Source of the DNA: a virus
Taxonomy: Duplodnaviria > Heunggongvirae > Uroviricota > Caudoviricetes
DNA length: 3,410 nucleotides
Virus record (IMG/VR): IMGVR_UViG_2695420687_000017
Reading direction: 5' to 3' (one strand)
Part shown: positions 1-3,410 of the stretch, piece after piece
Layout of the letters: each line of letters begins with the position of its first letter
How positions within the stretch are numbered: position 1 is the first letter of the stretch
Position numbers and translations under genes: made by a program
Notes under the pieces: generated by a model
Told to the model about the DNA's origin: nothing
Database searches by the model: none
Seen by the model: the letters and a program-made list of their open reading frames with translations, nothing else

Positions 1-74
1 CCCGTAACGCCTCTGCCACGCGCGTAACGTGACAGGGATTAAGGGTAAACTAATTGATTTTGCAAGTTTTTATT
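1..74. other. Candidate prophage attachment-site flank immediately 3' of the integrase gene; host partner not identifiable from 74 nt
   Basis: Position directly downstream of the int stop, as att lies next to int in lambdoid phages. Contains an imperfect inverted repeat, ctgccacg (13-20) and cgtgacag (28-35), 7 of 8 positions complementary with a 7-nt spacer, and a direct repeat cgtaacg at 3-9 and 23-29. No coding or tRNA signal recognised. Confidence 0.25.
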
Positions 75-1361
75 TTACCCTGCTTTCTTATGGGGCATAC
101 ATGGGACACTTTCAGATAGTCTTTTGTTAAGGAGTTCTATCTGTTCGTGATTGTTGTCTTTCATCCATGCTCCGTAAACATTGAATACCATTTGTGCGTT
201 TGTGTGGCCCATCTGGCTTGCGATAAAACTAGGATTAGCTCCTGCGGCAAGTGACCAGCATGCATAAGTATGCCTGGATTGGTACGATTTTCTGTGTCTC
301 AGACCTGCGCGTTTTAAGATACTTGTCCATGACTCCCTGATGGAGTCAACCTTGTAGTGAGGTCCGGACAACTGCTGCTGTTTTGTTACCTGAGGACTAA
401 AAACAAAAGTGCATTTATGCACAGCAGTTCTCCCATATTCCCTCTGCTTCACCTCTACAGAATGTTGCTTTCCAAGCATGGTCATTTCCGCCTGGCTTTT
501 AAGAGCATCAATAGCTGGTTGAACCAGATGAATTGTCCTTCCGGTGCCTGCATCGGTTTTTGGTGGAGTGAATTCGCCAAGTTTTGTATAATTTCTACGG
601 ATGGTTATAGTCCTTGCTTTAAGGTCTATATCTTCCCATGCCAGCGATACCAACTCCCCGTGACGAATACCCGTGTATACAGCGAGAATCCACAGGTTTT
701 TTGTTTGTTGATGACGGCAAGCCTCAATAAAACGAATAAATTCGTCACGGGTGAGAGGATCTGGTTTTACCTTGGACTTTTTTAAGGGAGCCAGACCGTT
801 AAATGGGTTTCCTGAGGTATAACCATTATCTGTTGCAAATTGAAACATTCCAGCTATGGTTGTCATATAGTAGTTTACCGTGACCACTGAGCGCCCTTTT
901 ATGGAAGAAGTCTTTCCATTAGAAAGCTTTTGGTAACCGGTCAACAAATCTCTCCTTACGAAAAGTAAATCCTCTTTTGTTATGGATGAAACCAGTTTTT
1001 TTTCACCTAACATTGGTAACATGTTTTTAATTACTGACTGGTAACGGTTAAGTGCATTCGCACAAATCTCAATTTTCTTAAGGTCCAACCATTTTTCCGA
1101 AAGTGCCTTAACGGTTATCTCTCTTTTTCCCAGACCAAAGTGTTTCAGGTTAGGGGAATTAGGGAACTGCGCGGCGTAGTCGAAACTCCCCATTCTGATT
1201 GCAAAACAAACGGAAGTGCGAAGTTCACCAGCGATCTTCCGGTTTTTGGCTGTGTCAGGAACACCGAGGTTTTCTCTGACACGTTTGCCATTATAGTGAA
1301 ACCATATACGGAGTGATCCTCCATGGTTTTCAACGCCTGTCGGGTATGATGCGTTACTCAT
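75..1361 (-). CDS. int: Phage-type tyrosine recombinase (lambdoid prophage integrase, Rac/IntR-like family), 428 aa, apparently intact
   Basis: Complete ORF, ATG at 1361-1359 preceded by GGGAGG 4 nt upstream, stop TAA at 77-75. N-terminal arm-binding-type region (PTGVE, LRIWF, GKRVRE) and C-terminal catalytic motifs typical of tyrosine recombinases: GIRHGEL (Arg), RTIHL, QSRHTYACWSLAAGANPSFIASQMGH (box II) and VYGAWM (Tyr nucleophile). Lies 33 nt downstream of an excisionase-like gene on the same strand. AT-rich relative to the lacZ part. Confidence 0.93.
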   Translation of the reverse strand: MSNASYPTGVENHGGSLRIWFHYNGKRVRENLGVPDTAKNRKIAGELRTSVCFAIRMGSFDYAAQFPNSPNLKHFGLGKREITVKALSEKWLDLKKIEICANALNRYQSVIKNMLPMLGEKKLVSSITKEDLLFVRRDLLTGYQKLSNGKTSSIKGRSVVTVNYYMTTIAGMFQFATDNGYTSGNPFNGLAPLKKSKVKPDPLTRDEFIRFIEACRHQQTKNLWILAVYTGIRHGELVSLAWEDIDLKARTITIRRNYTKLGEFTPPKTDAGTGRTIHLVQPAIDALKSQAEMTMLGKQHSVEVKQREYGRTAVHKCTFVFSPQVTKQQQLSGPHYKVDSIRESWTSILKRAGLRHRKSYQSRHTYACWSLAAGANPSFIASQMGHTNAQMVFNVYGAWMKDNNHEQIELLNKRLSESVPCMPHKKAG

Positions 1362-1394
1362 TAAACCTCCCAGACGTCCAGGAGCATTAACAGG

Positions 1395-1649
1395 TTAACC
1401 GGAACTTGCATTTTTGGCACCTGGTTGTTTCTGGTTTTCGATCCATCGCATAATTTCTTCGATGTTGTACAGGCATTCACTGTAATGCCCAGGATCACCT
1501 TCTACAGCGTAATGGCGGTATTCTTTTCCCTGCATCCATGACTTTCTTCTGGCCCGCTCGATGGTGCCGGGCTTTAGCCCTGTTGATGCAATAAGGACTC
1601 TCTCCGTACACCATTTGCTGGGGGTTATCTGATAGATGATTGTCTGCAT
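1395..1649 (-). CDS. xis: Excisionase-like protein (Xis / recombination directionality factor), 84 aa
   Basis: Small basic ORF immediately upstream of and co-directional with int, the canonical xis position. Sequence ITPSKWCTERVLIASTGLKPGTIERARRKSWMQGKEYRHY resembles the winged-helix excisionase pattern of lambda Xis and the putative-excisionase families, judged from memory. GAGGT 5-6 nt upstream of ATG at 1649-1647. Confidence 0.7.
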   Translation of the reverse strand: MQTIIYQITPSKWCTERVLIASTGLKPGTIERARRKSWMQGKEYRHYAVEGDPGHYSECLYNIEEIMRWIENQKQPGAKNASSG

Positions 1650-1667
1650 GCCAACCTCATAAAACTT

Positions 1668-1802
1668 TCATCCACGGCAGTGGCACCACACGTCAAACAT
1701 TCGTTTCACAACTTCACGGCAGTAGAAGCCGTCGACATCACGGGTCAGGTCGTAGCGATTGCCGAATGTCTTGCGAACCCAGAACTCAAAAGCCGTATGC
1801 AT
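1668..1802 (-). CDS. Small ORF not in the supplied track, 44 aa (MHTAFEFWVRKTFGNRYDLTRDVDGFYCREVVKRMFDVWCHCRG), hypothetical, three Cys near the C-terminus
   Basis: Found by hand translation. ATG at 1802-1800 is preceded by a perfect Shine-Dalgarno GGAGGTGA (1813-1806) with a 6-nt spacer; the SD overlaps the TGA stop of the upstream 80-aa ORF. Stop TGA at 1670-1668, 18 nt before the xis start. Fills the only gap in an otherwise tightly packed co-directional gene string. No homolog recognised. Confidence 0.35.
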   Translation of the reverse strand: MHTAFEFWVRKTFGNRYDLTRDVDGFYCREVVKRMFDVWCHCRG

Positions 1803-1805
1803 GTA

Positions 1806-1813
1806 TCACCTCC
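1806..1813 (-). promoter_or_regulatory. Shine-Dalgarno GGAGGTGA serving the 44-aa ORF
   Basis: Plus strand reads tcacctcc at 1806-1813; the minus strand is GGAGGTGA, 6 nt upstream of ATG at 1802. Same 8-mer as at 2141-2148. Confidence 0.4.
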
Positions 1814-2048
1814 GTTGCATTGCGCGTAATTTTTTCAGGCGCATTTCCTGCTCAGTGCCCGCCAGAATTTTGCGGTACTCCTGTTGGTCAATATGTTCGA
1901 ACAGGTTGTTGAACTCACCAATGCGTACCCGTCCGGAGCGCCCGTCCATGCGTCGAAAGAACACTGAGTGCTGAGTACTGCGAGTAATCACCACAGGGTA
2001 TCCGGCTCTGTCCGTGTATATCTGACCACGTTGAATCAGAGCGAACAT
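1806..2048 (-). CDS. Hypothetical prophage early-region protein, 80 aa
   Basis: ORF co-directional with xis and int. ATG at 2048-2046 with GGGGA and AGGA upstream. Basic C-terminus (RLKKLRAMQRR). Function not recognised; a weak resemblance to small lambdoid-prophage proteins of unknown function is recollection only. Confidence 0.55.
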   Translation of the reverse strand: MFALIQRGQIYTDRAGYPVVITRSTQHSVFFRRMDGRSGRVRIGEFNNLFEHIDQQEYRKILAGTEQEMRLKKLRAMQRR

Positions 2049-2052
2049 TCCT

Positions 2053-3410
<1,358 letters not shown>

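Noticed and set aside
357-785. 142-aa plus-strand ORF
   Set aside because: Lies entirely antisense within the integrase gene, with no RBS or recognisable domain; a shadow ORF.
1145-1333. 62-aa minus-strand ORF
   Set aside because: Out-of-frame ORF nested inside the integrase coding sequence; the integrase frame has clear family motifs, this one has none.
1640-1974. Two overlapping plus-strand ORFs (1640-1912 with a TTG start, and 1759-1974)
   Set aside because: Antisense to the xis, 44-aa and 80-aa gene string; low-complexity Arg/Ser/Cys-rich translations typical of antisense frames, with no SD.

Overview
This window is a junction between the integrase end of a lambdoid prophage (or prophage remnant) and a truncated beta-galactosidase gene, with every credible gene on the minus strand. 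Read 5'->3' on the minus strand, a lacZ ortholog enters from the right edge (its 5' end lies outside the window) and is clearly LacZ for about 323 codons, including both catalytic-glutamate motifs. At about nt 2439-2447 it switches abruptly, without leaving frame, into about 100 codons of phage-type sequence (DUF551-like by recollection) and stops at 2136. Downstream follows a tightly packed string of small genes: a 27/28-aa hydrophobic ORF, an 80-aa hypothetical, a 44-aa Cys-containing ORF, an excisionase-like gene (1395-1649) and an intact 428-aa tyrosine integrase (75-1361). The last 74 nt may be attachment-site flank. The other seven ORFs in the supplied track are antisense or out-of-frame shadows of these genes. 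I see no rRNA, tRNA, CRISPR array or IS element, and no evidence of a multi-gene defence system. The items most worth follow-up are the lacZ::phage in-frame chimera and two small ORFs absent from the track, each preceded by a perfect GGAGGTGA Shine-Dalgarno. All homology statements are from reading the translations and from memory of the protein families; no database search was run.
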